Source: a virus (Duplodnaviria; Caudoviricetes). From it: a DNA stretch of 64,000 nucleotides. The stretch is taken from positions 26,091 through 90,090 of IMG/VR virus record IMGVR_UViG_2802429733_000002. The stretch is one strand, 5' to 3'. The position numbers and the translations under genes were made by a program. Numbering within the stretch: position 1 is the first letter of the stretch; each line of letters opens with the position of its first letter. The notes beneath the pieces are model-generated. The model did no database searches, was not told where the DNA came from, and was given only the letters and a program-made list of their open reading frames with translations. This document shows, piece after piece, positions 54,091-63,050 of this stretch.

Positions 54091-55593
54091 TTGAGCCAGG
54101 AACTCGCTACCGTCGCGCCGCAGCGTACTCCGATTGTCGCCGGCGGGCAGGTCAACGCCATCGTGCCGGCTACCTTCGAGGATGTGCAGCGCCTGTCGGC
54201 GGCCATCTTCGCGAGCGGCCTCGTGCCCTACGGCATGGACCGGCCTGAGAAGGTCATGGTCGCGCTGATGACCGGGCTCGAGCTGGGCATCAAGCCGATG
54301 CAGGCCCTCCAGGGGATCGCGGTCATCAACGGCGCGCCACGGATCTGGGGCGACCTCTCCCTGGCTATGGTGCGGGCGTCCGGTGAACTCGAGGAGTTCG
54401 AGGAGCGATACGAAGGCAAGCCACCCACCAACTGGGCCGACCCGAAGGGAGACGAGCGCCTCTACACTGCCATCTGTCGCGTGAAGCGGGCCGGCGAGAA
54501 GGCGAAGGAGGAGGAGTTCTCCATCGCCGATGCCATCACGGCGAAGCTGTGGGGCAAGTCCGGGTCCAAAGGGCCGACCCCTTGGGTCACTAGCCCGAAG
54601 CGAATGCTGAAGATGCGCGCCCGCGCCTTCGCTTTGCGCGACACCTTCGCGGACATCCTCAAGGGCATGGCGATCGCCGAGGAGATGATCGGCCATGAGG
54701 ATGAGACGGCAGAGGCCCGTCCCGCGAAGGCGCGCCGCGCACCGCCGAGCCCGCCACCGGTCGAGGCGAAGGCGGCAAACGAGCCGGTCCAGCCGCAGAC
54801 CGAACACATCGAGGAAGCGGAGGTCACCGAGGTCGCGACGGATGCCGCATCGGCTGTGGCTCAGACCGAGCTTACCGAGGACGAGAGGCAGACCCCTGAC
54901 GAGATCCTGGTGGAGCTGAAGGAGAAACTCGGCTTCGCGAAGACGGCCGACCAAGTCGAGGAGTTCTACGACGACTTCGATGCGGAGTCGCTCCTCGAGC
55001 AGACGGAGGATGGCGTCGACCGGGCGCGCGCGCTGAAAGCGGAGACGCTGACCCGGATCGGGAAGCCAGCGACCGAGACGACGCCTGCGACGGCGAAACC
55101 GGCCGACCCATTCGATCTGCCCGATATCGAGAGCCCGGCCGACTATATCGCGTGGATTGAGGGCGCCGCCGCGAAGGTCGTCGACACCGACACTGCCAAG
55201 CGCATGTCGGAGGCATGGAACTCGTCGAAGGCGCTTCGCCGCGAGATCGAGATCGATGCGGCCGCGGAGCGAAAGCTGAAGGCCGAAATCACATCTCTGA
55301 TCGCGAGGTTCGCGCCCCCATCCGAAAAGGCCAACGCCGCAGGGAAGGCCGACACGCCACTTGCTGCCTCGGTTGACGTCGATGCCCAGCCCACCTCCGC
55401 GGAGCAGTACGTCGCGCAGCGCGTCGCGATGGCGGAACGAGCCAAGACGTATGACGAGGCCCGGGATCTCAAGCGCCGCTTCCTGCACGAGTCGAAGCTC
55501 CGAGAAGACCTTGGCGTGAAGCAGGCTCTCTACGAGGAGGCCAAGAAGGCCGTCCATGGCCGCGTTGACGCTCTTCGTCCGGCGGACGCCTGA
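54091..55593 (+). CDS. RecT/Red-beta-like single-strand annealing protein with long C-terminal extension
   Basis: GLELGIKPMQALQGIAVINGAPRIWGD..PWVTSPKRMLKMRARAFALRDTFADIL. Confidence 0.82.
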   Translation: MSQELATVAPQRTPIVAGGQVNAIVPATFEDVQRLSAAIFASGLVPYGMDRPEKVMVALMTGLELGIKPMQALQGIAVINGAPRIWGDLSLAMVRASGELEEFEERYEGKPPTNWADPKGDERLYTAICRVKRAGEKAKEEEFSIADAITAKLWGKSGSKGPTPWVTSPKRMLKMRARAFALRDTFADILKGMAIAEEMIGHEDETAEARPAKARRAPPSPPPVEAKAANEPVQPQTEHIEEAEVTEVATDAASAVAQTELTEDERQTPDEILVELKEKLGFAKTADQVEEFYDDFDAESLLEQTEDGVDRARALKAETLTRIGKPATETTPATAKPADPFDLPDIESPADYIAWIEGAAAKVVDTDTAKRMSEAWNSSKALRREIEIDAAAERKLKAEITSLIARFAPPSEKANAAGKADTPLAASVDVDAQPTSAEQYVAQRVAMAERAKTYDEARDLKRRFLHESKLREDLGVKQALYEEAKKAVHGRVDALRPADA

Positions 55594-55595
55594 AC

Positions 55596-56036
55596 ATGGC
55601 CGCTCGCGATCTCCCCAGCGCCATGATGAGGGTCACGGGAACGGGGCTCGCCCCGGCCGATGACCACGCAGGCGACGAGCTCGCGCGCTTCCCTGTGGGC
55701 AGCGATGTCGAAGTCTCGCTCTTCCGCGCGCCGAACCCTGCCTATCGGCGCCTCCTCTACGCCGTGGTTGGAGACGTCTATCCGAACACGGATTGGCCGA
55801 CATCCGACGCGCTGATGACGTTCCTCAAGACCGAGCTTCGGCACGTCGATTCCTGGCTCACTATGGGGGGCGGTGTGACGATCAATCCGCGCTCGCTCTC
55901 CACGTTCGACCACGACGAGATGATCGAGTTCGGGATGGCTTCCATGGGGGTGCTCTCCACCCAGGTCGTCCCGGGGCTCGATGTCGACGGACTCCTCCGC
56001 GCCAAGCAGCGCCGGATCCGCGGGAGCTTCCGATGA
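55596..56036 (+). CDS. DUF1367/NinB-like recombination accessory protein
   Basis: RAPNPAYRRLLYAVV..INPRSLSTF..DEM pattern. Confidence 0.55.
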   Translation: MAARDLPSAMMRVTGTGLAPADDHAGDELARFPVGSDVEVSLFRAPNPAYRRLLYAVVGDVYPNTDWPTSDALMTFLKTELRHVDSWLTMGGGVTINPRSLSTFDHDEMIEFGMASMGVLSTQVVPGLDVDGLLRAKQRRIRGSFR

Positions 56037-57001
56037 ACGCGCTCCGACCGACCGACGATCTCTTCCTCGTGGATGCCTCGTCGTTCATCCACCGGGACTA
56101 CCACAGCTCGAAGCTCCAAGATCAAGCGTACAACGTGAATGATCGCGGCGAGCCCATCGGTGCCGTGAAGCGCTTCGCCGAGAGGCTCTTCTGGTGGCGC
56201 AAGCGGGGCGCGCACAATCGCGTCCCGACGCACATGGGCATGGTGTTCGATGCCGGGCGGAGGAACTGGCGACACGAGATCTACCCGGCATACAAGGCGG
56301 GCCGCCCGCCTCTCGATGACGATCTCCACGTCCAGATGCCGCTCATGCGCGTGGCTGCCGAGGCCATGGGGATCTGCGCAGTCGAGGAGACCGGCTACGA
56401 GGCCGACGATCTCATTGCGACCTACGCGCTCACGGCCGTCGAGCAGGACGCGTCATGCCTGATCATCTCCGGCGACAAGGATCTGCTGCAACTTGTCCGT
56501 CCCGGTGTCCAAGTGTTCGATCCCCAATGCGGGGTCGAGGGTTATCCAGGCTATCGGCCGGCGCGACTCTTCGGGCACGACGAAGTCGTCGAGAAGTTCG
56601 GCGTTCCACCCGATCTCGTGATCGACGTCCAGGGGCTCGCGGGAGATCCTGGCGACGGCGTGCCAGGTGTGCCGGGCATCGGCATCAAGACGGCGGCGAA
56701 GTTGGTGGCCGAGTTCGGCAGCCTTGCAGCAGTGCTCGCGGCTGCACCAGAGAAGGCGGCGGCGAAGAAGCCGGCCGCTATGTGGGTGAAGGTTGCGGCC
56801 AACGCCGACCTTGCGCTGACCTCTCGCTGTCTCGTGAGCCTCGACTGCTGCGTCGACTACTCGACCCCGATCGAGGCGATGCTCCTTGAACCATTCGAGC
56901 ATGATCGAGCCATCGCGTTCGCGGAGGAGATCGGCCTGCCGTCGATTGTCCGGATGCTCGAGAAGGACCGCGACTATGCGGAGCGGAGGGCTGCAGCATG
57001 A
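56033..57001 (+). CDS. 5'-3' exonuclease / flap endonuclease (Pol I N-terminal type)
   Basis: LVDASS, VFDAG, YKAGR, GYEADDLI, ISGDKDLLQL, GDPGDGVPGVPGIGIKTA. Confidence 0.92.
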   Translation: MNALRPTDDLFLVDASSFIHRDYHSSKLQDQAYNVNDRGEPIGAVKRFAERLFWWRKRGAHNRVPTHMGMVFDAGRRNWRHEIYPAYKAGRPPLDDDLHVQMPLMRVAAEAMGICAVEETGYEADDLIATYALTAVEQDASCLIISGDKDLLQLVRPGVQVFDPQCGVEGYPGYRPARLFGHDEVVEKFGVPPDLVIDVQGLAGDPGDGVPGVPGIGIKTAAKLVAEFGSLAAVLAAAPEKAAAKKPAAMWVKVAANADLALTSRCLVSLDCCVDYSTPIEAMLLEPFEHDRAIAFAEEIGLPSIVRMLEKDRDYAERRAAA

Positions 57002-58089
57002 CATGGTCGCCACAACAGGAGGCGGCCGTGAAGGAGGTCCGCCGCTGGCTGAAGGACGAGTCGAGCCAGGTCTTCCGCCTGTTCGGCTACGCCGGCACGG
57101 GCAAGACGACGCTCGCGAAGGATCTCGCGGAGGGCGTGAAGGGCAAGGTGCTGTTCGGTGCCTTCACCGGCAAGGCCGCCCTGATGCTTCACCGGAAGGG
57201 CTGCCGGAACGCCTCGACGATCCACTCGATGATCTACTCGATCGACGAGGCGGCGCAGGGCTGGGAGCCCAAGTTCCGGCTGAACCCCGCGAGCACCGTC
57301 AAGGATGCGAAGCTCGTCGTGATCGACGAGGTGTCGATGGTCGACGAGGCGCTCGCCGCCGACCTCCTCTCGTTCGGCACGAAAGTCCTGGTACTCGGCG
57401 ATCCCGCCCAGCTTCCGCCCGTCAAAGGCACTGGCTACTTCACCGCTGCCGATCCGGACGTCATGCTGACAGAGGTCCATCGTCAGGCGCGGGACAACCC
57501 GATCATCGCAATGTCGATGAGGATACGGGAGGGCGGCCGGCTCGATCTCGGCGACTACGGCGAGAGCCGCGTGATCCGTCGCGAGGACATCGACGCTCAG
57601 CGCATTCTCGCCGCCGATCAGGTGCTCGTAGGCATGAACAAGACGCGGCGAGCCTACAACGATCGCATCCGCTCGCTTCGAGGGATGGACCCGTCCGGGC
57701 CGCAGGTTGGCGATAAGCTGGTCTGCCTGCGCAACGAGCGGGAGAAGAAGCTCCTGAACGGCGGCATCTGGCGCGTCGAATCCATGGGCAGGCCGGGCGA
57801 GCTCGTCGAGATGCTGGTCACGTCGGAGGACCACGTCGAGGTTGAGCCGACCGAGATCCGCGTGTTGCCTGAGTTCTTCGACGGGCGCGAGGATCGCCTC
57901 ACCTGGGAGCAGCGCCGCGGGACCCAGGAGTTCACATACGGCTACGCCCTGACCTGCCACAAGGCGCAGGGCTCGCAATGGGACGATGTCGTCGTCTTCG
58001 ACGAGTCGTCATTCTGCCGAGAGGACGCCTGGCGCTGGAAGTACACGGCGGTCACGCGGGCCGCTCAGCGCGTGACGGTGGTGCAGTGA
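56998..58089 (+). CDS. SF1B (RecD/Dda-like) helicase
   Basis: GYAGTGKTT, VVIDEVSMV, LGDPAQLPPV, LTEVHRQ, YALTCHKAQGSQW, YTAVTRA. Confidence 0.92.
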   Translation: MTWSPQQEAAVKEVRRWLKDESSQVFRLFGYAGTGKTTLAKDLAEGVKGKVLFGAFTGKAALMLHRKGCRNASTIHSMIYSIDEAAQGWEPKFRLNPASTVKDAKLVVIDEVSMVDEALAADLLSFGTKVLVLGDPAQLPPVKGTGYFTAADPDVMLTEVHRQARDNPIIAMSMRIREGGRLDLGDYGESRVIRREDIDAQRILAADQVLVGMNKTRRAYNDRIRSLRGMDPSGPQVGDKLVCLRNEREKKLLNGGIWRVESMGRPGELVEMLVTSEDHVEVEPTEIRVLPEFFDGREDRLTWEQRRGTQEFTYGYALTCHKAQGSQWDDVVVFDESSFCREDAWRWKYTAVTRAAQRVTVVQ

Positions 58090-58541
58090 TGGCCCGCCCT
58101 GCCGAACCCCGCCGCAAGGTCCCGATGAAGATCCAGCTCTGGGCCGCGCTCTATCAGCTCGGGCTTGAGCCGACGGACGCGGAGCTCGATCACTTCCCGG
58201 CGCTGGCGCTTCGCCCGATTGATCCGGTGACAGGCGAGCACCAGCCCCACCAGCACGATCCGCGGGCCCTGATCTGGCGCTCGAAAGCCGATCACCGGGC
58301 GAAGACCTTCGGCACGGGCGCGACCACGCGCGGCGCCGATGCCGGCGAGATCGCGCACACCCGCCGCCTGACGAAGAAGGAAGCTGAGTTCCAGGCCCGC
58401 CTTCTCGCGAAGGACGTCGGCGAAACCCCGGAGCCCCGCCGCGGCCGGCGGCTTCAGGGCGGCCGCAACAGCCACCTCAAGAAGCGGATGGACGGAACAG
58501 TCGTCCAGCGCCGCCAGCCCTCCACAGGAGCCCGGCCATGA
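58089..58541 (+). CDS. HNH-like protein
   Basis: ELDHFPAL..HDPRALIWRSKADHRAKT. Confidence 0.6.
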   Translation: MARPAEPRRKVPMKIQLWAALYQLGLEPTDAELDHFPALALRPIDPVTGEHQPHQHDPRALIWRSKADHRAKTFGTGATTRGADAGEIAHTRRLTKKEAEFQARLLAKDVGETPEPRRGRRLQGGRNSHLKKRMDGTVVQRRQPSTGARP

Positions 58542-59644
58542 TCCCTCCCATTGGATCCATCCCTGAGTCTGGGCCCGAAGCCAAGGACCAGATCATTGCC
58601 GAACTCCTGGATGCGCTGAGAACGATCGGCTCTCCGGACGAAGTTGATTTGGTCAGCGTCTCCGACAGCGCAATTCGAGGGATGCTCTACGCGTCCATCC
58701 GCGTGGCTCGTGATGCCGTCGAGCAGGTGGAAGAACAGTCTCAACTCTCCGCCGGCCAAGGGGCTTCGGAGAAGGAGGCGGGGGAGGTCCATGACCTCTC
58801 GATCGGCGCAATCGCGAGGGGCCAGTACGAGGAGGGCTTGAAGGCCGGTCGTGCTGAAGGTGAAGCCGCCCGCCTCAAGGCAGAAGCCGAGCGGGACAGA
58901 GCACAATCGGAAGCGGATCATTGGGCCTGCATTCAAGGCAGGACGAATGACGCCCGCGTCCGTGTCACAACGGAGCGGGACGACCTCAACGCGAAGCTCG
59001 CCAAGGCAGAAGCCGAACGAGACGATCTCCGGGCCGCGATCTTCGGCGGGACCGACTACGACCGAGACCTCACGAATGGGAACTTCGTCGAGATGGCGAA
59101 CGCCACCGAGGCCGGTGGGCAAGGCGCTGTCGAATGCATGGCCGCCGCCGAATCCGAACTCTCCACCCTCAAGCGTCAGCTAGAGGCCCGTGGTGGGGTG
59201 AGCGAGGAGGCTGTCGAGCGGGAAGCGCGCTTGATCGCGGCGAACAAGATGGGGCTCGTAAAGGACCCAACGGGGTCAAGGCTGCCTGACGACCTGTGGC
59301 GTCAGTGCGAAGAAGAAGCCCGCGCTACCCTCGAAGTCGCCCAGCCGATGCTGATGTCTCAGTTCGCGTCCGACGTGCTCGCCGAGCGCCGCCGTCAGAT
59401 CGAGGTCGAGGGTTGGACGCCTGAGCACGACGACAAGCACGACAAGGGTGAACTTTCCGATGCCGCCGCCTGCTACGCGCTCGGGACAGAAAAGGTATGG
59501 GGCGCCCCTCTTTGGCCTTGGCACTGGTCGTGGTGGAAGCCTGCCGACCGCCGCCGAAACCTCGTCAAGGCCGCCGCTCTCATCTTCGCGGATGGTGAGC
59601 GCCTGGACCGCGCCGCCCCCGCCCCGACCGCGAAGGAGGGGTGA
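58538..59644 (+). CDS. Ead/Ea22-like mosaic early protein
   Basis: C-terminal DVLAERRRQIEVEGWTPEHDD..WPW..WWKP..RRNLVKAAALI. Confidence 0.7.
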   Translation: MIPPIGSIPESGPEAKDQIIAELLDALRTIGSPDEVDLVSVSDSAIRGMLYASIRVARDAVEQVEEQSQLSAGQGASEKEAGEVHDLSIGAIARGQYEEGLKAGRAEGEAARLKAEAERDRAQSEADHWACIQGRTNDARVRVTTERDDLNAKLAKAEAERDDLRAAIFGGTDYDRDLTNGNFVEMANATEAGGQGAVECMAAAESELSTLKRQLEARGGVSEEAVEREARLIAANKMGLVKDPTGSRLPDDLWRQCEEEARATLEVAQPMLMSQFASDVLAERRRQIEVEGWTPEHDDKHDKGELSDAAACYALGTEKVWGAPLWPWHWSWWKPADRRRNLVKAAALIFADGERLDRAAPAPTAKEG

Positions 59645-59645
59645 G

Positions 59646-60152
59646 ATGGCCGAGCACGAGCCCTGCGTCGGCAAGTCCGATGATTGGTATACGCCGCCCG
59701 CGATCTTCGATGCGCTCGGTCTGACGTTCGACCTGGACCCGTGTTCTCCGGGGCCGGGCCATTGGGTGCCGGCCCGGCGTGTCTACACGATCGCGGACGA
59801 TGGACTTTCCCAACTGTGGACGGGGCTCGTCTTCATGAACCCGCCATTCGGCGGTCGTGAGGGGCATATCCCTTGGCTGCGCAGGTTTCTCGCGCACGGC
59901 CAAGGCGTAGCTATCGTCCGCGCGTACACGTCGAGCGGCTGGTTCCATGACGAGTTGGTTCCTCGTGCAGAAGGCCTTCTTTTCCCGCGCGGGAAGACGA
60001 AGTTCATCCGGCCTGATGGGTCGGTTGGCGGCTCTCCTGGCCACGGCATTGTCCTAGTCGGCATGGGCCAACAGGCGCTGGGAGCGATGGAGGCTTCTGG
60101 CCTTGGCCTGTTCGTTACGATCGCACCTCCCGCCTCCGGAGACCCGTCATGA
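59646..60152 (+). CDS. Phage N6-adenine DNA methyltransferase (Dam-like)
   Basis: DDWYTPP..FDLDPCS..VFMNPPF. Confidence 0.85.
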   Translation: MAEHEPCVGKSDDWYTPPAIFDALGLTFDLDPCSPGPGHWVPARRVYTIADDGLSQLWTGLVFMNPPFGGREGHIPWLRRFLAHGQGVAIVRAYTSSGWFHDELVPRAEGLLFPRGKTKFIRPDGSVGGSPGHGIVLVGMGQQALGAMEASGLGLFVTIAPPASGDPS

Positions 60153-60886
60153 CCACCAAACCGAATGAGCTGGTGGACGAGATCGAGCGCATTGCGCAGT
60201 GGCTCCACGATGAAGTCGTCTACCCAGACCCAAGCTTTCCGCACTATTCCTGGCCCGAACACGAAGACGATACGGGCCAGAGGGGCGACGGATGGCTTAG
60301 AATGGTCCCGCGCGACACGCAGGAGCAGTTCCGCGATATCGCCCGTCGCTTCTATCGCGGTTTCGTAGCACCCGCCCGCCTCTCACCGGACGCTCCGGTT
60401 GGTAGCAAGGACGAGCCATCGGTTGCGATGTTGCAGGCCGGCTACACGGCGTATGCTCGTAAAGAAGCGGATGTGTGCAGCGTAACTCCGAGCGAGCGTC
60501 CAGACGAGGGCGGCGGCCCGCTGGGGTACGCATACATGGCGATGCGGAGACTCGATCCCGCGTTCGCCGCTCCGGCCGGAGAGACGGCACCCGATCCTGT
60601 CGCAGCGGATGGGATCGTGGAGAGGCTGCGAGAGGCGGCCAGGGCGTATCGAGATGCCGGCATCGGCATTGAGCCTGACATTGAGGCGGCGGGTAGATGC
60701 GAGGAAGCCGCCGATCTGATCGAGCGCCACCCTGCCGACCTCGCCCGCGCAAGAGCCGAGGGACGCCGGGAGATGGCGGAGGAGGCGGCGAAGGTCGCTG
60801 AGAGCCACTTCTGCTTCGCAGCCCCTAACATCGTCGGTCGAATCGCCGCCGCCATCCGCTCTCTCGCGGAGAAGAACAATGGCTGA
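60149..60886 (+). CDS. Hypothetical mosaic early protein
   Basis: ATGA-coupled, 245 aa. Confidence 0.6.
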   Translation: MTTKPNELVDEIERIAQWLHDEVVYPDPSFPHYSWPEHEDDTGQRGDGWLRMVPRDTQEQFRDIARRFYRGFVAPARLSPDAPVGSKDEPSVAMLQAGYTAYARKEADVCSVTPSERPDEGGGPLGYAYMAMRRLDPAFAAPAGETAPDPVAADGIVERLREAARAYRDAGIGIEPDIEAAGRCEEAADLIERHPADLARARAEGRREMAEEAAKVAESHFCFAAPNIVGRIAAAIRSLAEKNNG

Positions 60887-61136
60887 GAGACCGAAGCTGA
60901 CGGCCCGGCAGGTTCAGGATCTGCGCGCGCTAGCGGAGTGCTCTCCGATATCCTTCACGACCTGGGGAGGCGAGGCGCTGACGAGGCTCCCCAGAGGCCT
61001 GACTACGACCCGACTTTGGCGGCTCGCCGATAAAGGCGTGGCTGGCGTCAAACGCCTTAATCACCTGCGCGAACGGTGGGCTGTGACTGAAGCCGGCCGC
61101 CAGTACCTCGCCAGCCTGGAGAACAGCGATGGCTAA
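60879..61136 (+). CDS. Winged-helix-like small protein
   Basis: KLTARQVQDLRAL..LWRLADKG..WAVTEAGRQYL. Confidence 0.6.
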   Translation: MAERPKLTARQVQDLRALAECSPISFTTWGGEALTRLPRGLTTTRLWRLADKGVAGVKRLNHLRERWAVTEAGRQYLASLENSDG

Positions 61137-61632
61137 TCCAGAAGAACTGCTCCGTCTCGCTGAGAAGGTCGAAGGGGCGAAGGGGGCGGATCGCGATCTC
61201 GACGCGGAGGTGATGTTCGACGTGTTCGCGAGGCCCGTAGGGAAAGCACCGGATGGCGGCCCAACGGGCTACGTCTCCATCGGGTCAGGAAGTGCTTCGT
61301 GGGCCTTCGGGATGCGTTTCCCCGGCAAGGACCGCGCGTGGGTTAAAGCCGCCCGAAAAGAGGCCGGCGGCGAAACGCTCGTGATCGACCGCGATGGCGC
61401 CATCGTGTTGATGAACTCCCTCCGAATCCCACCCCTGACCTCCAGTCTCGACGCCGTGACCGCCCACATACGGGAGAAGCTGCCGGTCCGAGGCGAATAC
61501 CTGCTGCTCGGGGCGATCGAGGGTCGAGACCGTCGCGCGCCGGAGCAGAATATTTGGGACGCCCTGCCGAGGTTTCTCCTCTCGGCTTTCCTCCGCTCAC
61601 TCGCGACCCAGGAGAAGAAGCATGGCGGCTAA
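61129..61632 (+). CDS. Hypothetical phage protein
   Basis: GADRDLDAEV..PPLTSSLDA motif. Confidence 0.65.
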   Translation: MANPEELLRLAEKVEGAKGADRDLDAEVMFDVFARPVGKAPDGGPTGYVSIGSGSASWAFGMRFPGKDRAWVKAARKEAGGETLVIDRDGAIVLMNSLRIPPLTSSLDAVTAHIREKLPVRGEYLLLGAIEGRDRRAPEQNIWDALPRFLLSAFLRSLATQEKKHGG

Positions 61633-61909
61633 GACGACAACATGGCTCATCCGAGTTTCGGGCTACGGCACCTTCGAATTCGAGGGGACGGAGCCAGAAG
61701 CTGAGGAGATGCGCGTCCACAAATGCAGGTGGGAAGGCGGCACCGGGATGAAGTGGCGCAAAGACCTTGCCCGGGAGGAGGATCGGATTCGATCGGAGAT
61801 GGCGTCCCACTTCGATGCAGGCGAGGGCGCGCCATCGTCTCTGTTCGCCAGGCTCCGGCAGACCCTCGCGACCGCCCGCTCCAAACCGGAGGACCCCAGC
61901 CATGGGTGA
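61622..61909 (+). CDS. Hypothetical protein
   Basis: 95 aa, overlapping coupling. Confidence 0.55.
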   Translation: MAAKTTTWLIRVSGYGTFEFEGTEPEAEEMRVHKCRWEGGTGMKWRKDLAREEDRIRSEMASHFDAGEGAPSSLFARLRQTLATARSKPEDPSHG

Positions 61910-62132
61910 CGACTGGAGGCCGATCGAGACGGCGCCGAGGGATGGGACTGTCGTCGAGCTGATGCACGAGGACGTGGGCTCCTACCGGATGCGCTGGAAC
62001 CCGATCGGCGACAACCCTCTCGTCTCGCTGGAGATCGGCCTGTGGAAAGCGCCGGACGAGTCCTTCACGTGGTGCGAGGATAGCGGTCACGGCCCCTCGC
62101 ACTGGCGGCCCGCCCCGCCTGAGGACGAGTAG
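61902..62132 (+). CDS. DUF551-like small protein
   Basis: WRPIETAPRDGT..PSHWRP. Confidence 0.75.
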   Translation: MGDDWRPIETAPRDGTVVELMHEDVGSYRMRWNPIGDNPLVSLEIGLWKAPDESFTWCEDSGHGPSHWRPAPPEDE

Positions 62133-62133
62133 C

Positions 62134-62685
62134 ATGGGGGCGCGGGAACGCATCGGAGCGCGCGAAGTCGCCGAAATCCTGGGCGAAGCGCTGCGGCGCG
62201 TGCAGGCTCCAATCGGCCATCGCCCGAACAAGCCATTTCGAGTTGAAAGGATCCGCGACAAGGAGCTTGCTTCGGTCGTCGGTATCCCGTTGGGCGAACT
62301 TCGCCGGCTCAGCGAGAATGGCGACGTGCCAACGGCGGCCAAGCTCTCTGACTGCTACTCGTACAATGTTCTGGCGATCCGCAAGTGGATCAGGAAGGGC
62401 GGCCCAGATCGGCACCGGCCAAAGCAGCCTGTGCGCCACGGCAAGGTCTATGTCGTGGCCTCCGGCGAGCATATCAAAATCGGGTTCGCTTCTGATCCAG
62501 GGCGGCGCCTCGCATCCCTCCAGACTGCTTCTCCCTTCAAGCTGGTGACGGTGGCCATCTTCGCGGGCAGCACGCTCGACGAGCGTGCGTTGCATCGCCG
62601 GTTCGCCGGGCAGCAGGCAGTGGGGGAATGGTTCCGGCGCGAAGGCGAGTTGGCCGCGTGGATCGAGGAGGGTTGCCCGTTATGA
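62134..62685 (+). CDS. HTH + GIY-YIG (T5orf172/MUG113-like) protein
   Basis: N-terminal excisionase-like HTH; KVYVVAS..IKIGFASDPGRRLASLQT..ERALHRRF..GEWF. Confidence 0.75.
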   Translation: MGARERIGAREVAEILGEALRRVQAPIGHRPNKPFRVERIRDKELASVVGIPLGELRRLSENGDVPTAAKLSDCYSYNVLAIRKWIRKGGPDRHRPKQPVRHGKVYVVASGEHIKIGFASDPGRRLASLQTASPFKLVTVAIFAGSTLDERALHRRFAGQQAVGEWFRREGELAAWIEEGCPL

Positions 62686-63050
62686 CGAAGCTCCTCACCC
62701 CCCAGGAGGTGGCCGATTCCCTAGGGATCACACCTCGGACGCTGCGCGAGCACGTCCGCGACGGACGTCTCCCCTACATTCCCACCGGGCGCGGCTTGCA
62801 GCGCGAGCGCCGGATGTTTCACCCTGACGACGTGGCCAACTTCTTGGCTGAGCAGAGGAAGGCCGGATGTCGACCTACCGGAAAACTGGACGCCGCTTCT
62901 TCCTCTACGACTTCGATATCGGCGGTCATCGATTTTACGGCTCGACGAAGTGCACGTCTAAGCGGGATGCCGACGCCTTCGAGCGCGCCAGGAAGTCGGA
63001 AGCGCGGAAGCAACTTGAAGAGGCTGCCGCTCTCGGGAGGCAGCCCATGA
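62682..63050 (+). CDS. xis: Excisionase-like HTH protein
   Basis: LLTPQEVADSLGITPRTLREHVRDGRLPYI; directly before int. Confidence 0.75.
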   Translation: MTKLLTPQEVADSLGITPRTLREHVRDGRLPYIPTGRGLQRERRMFHPDDVANFLAEQRKAGCRPTGKLDAASSSTTSISAVIDFTARRSARLSGMPTPSSAPGSRKRGSNLKRLPLSGGSP

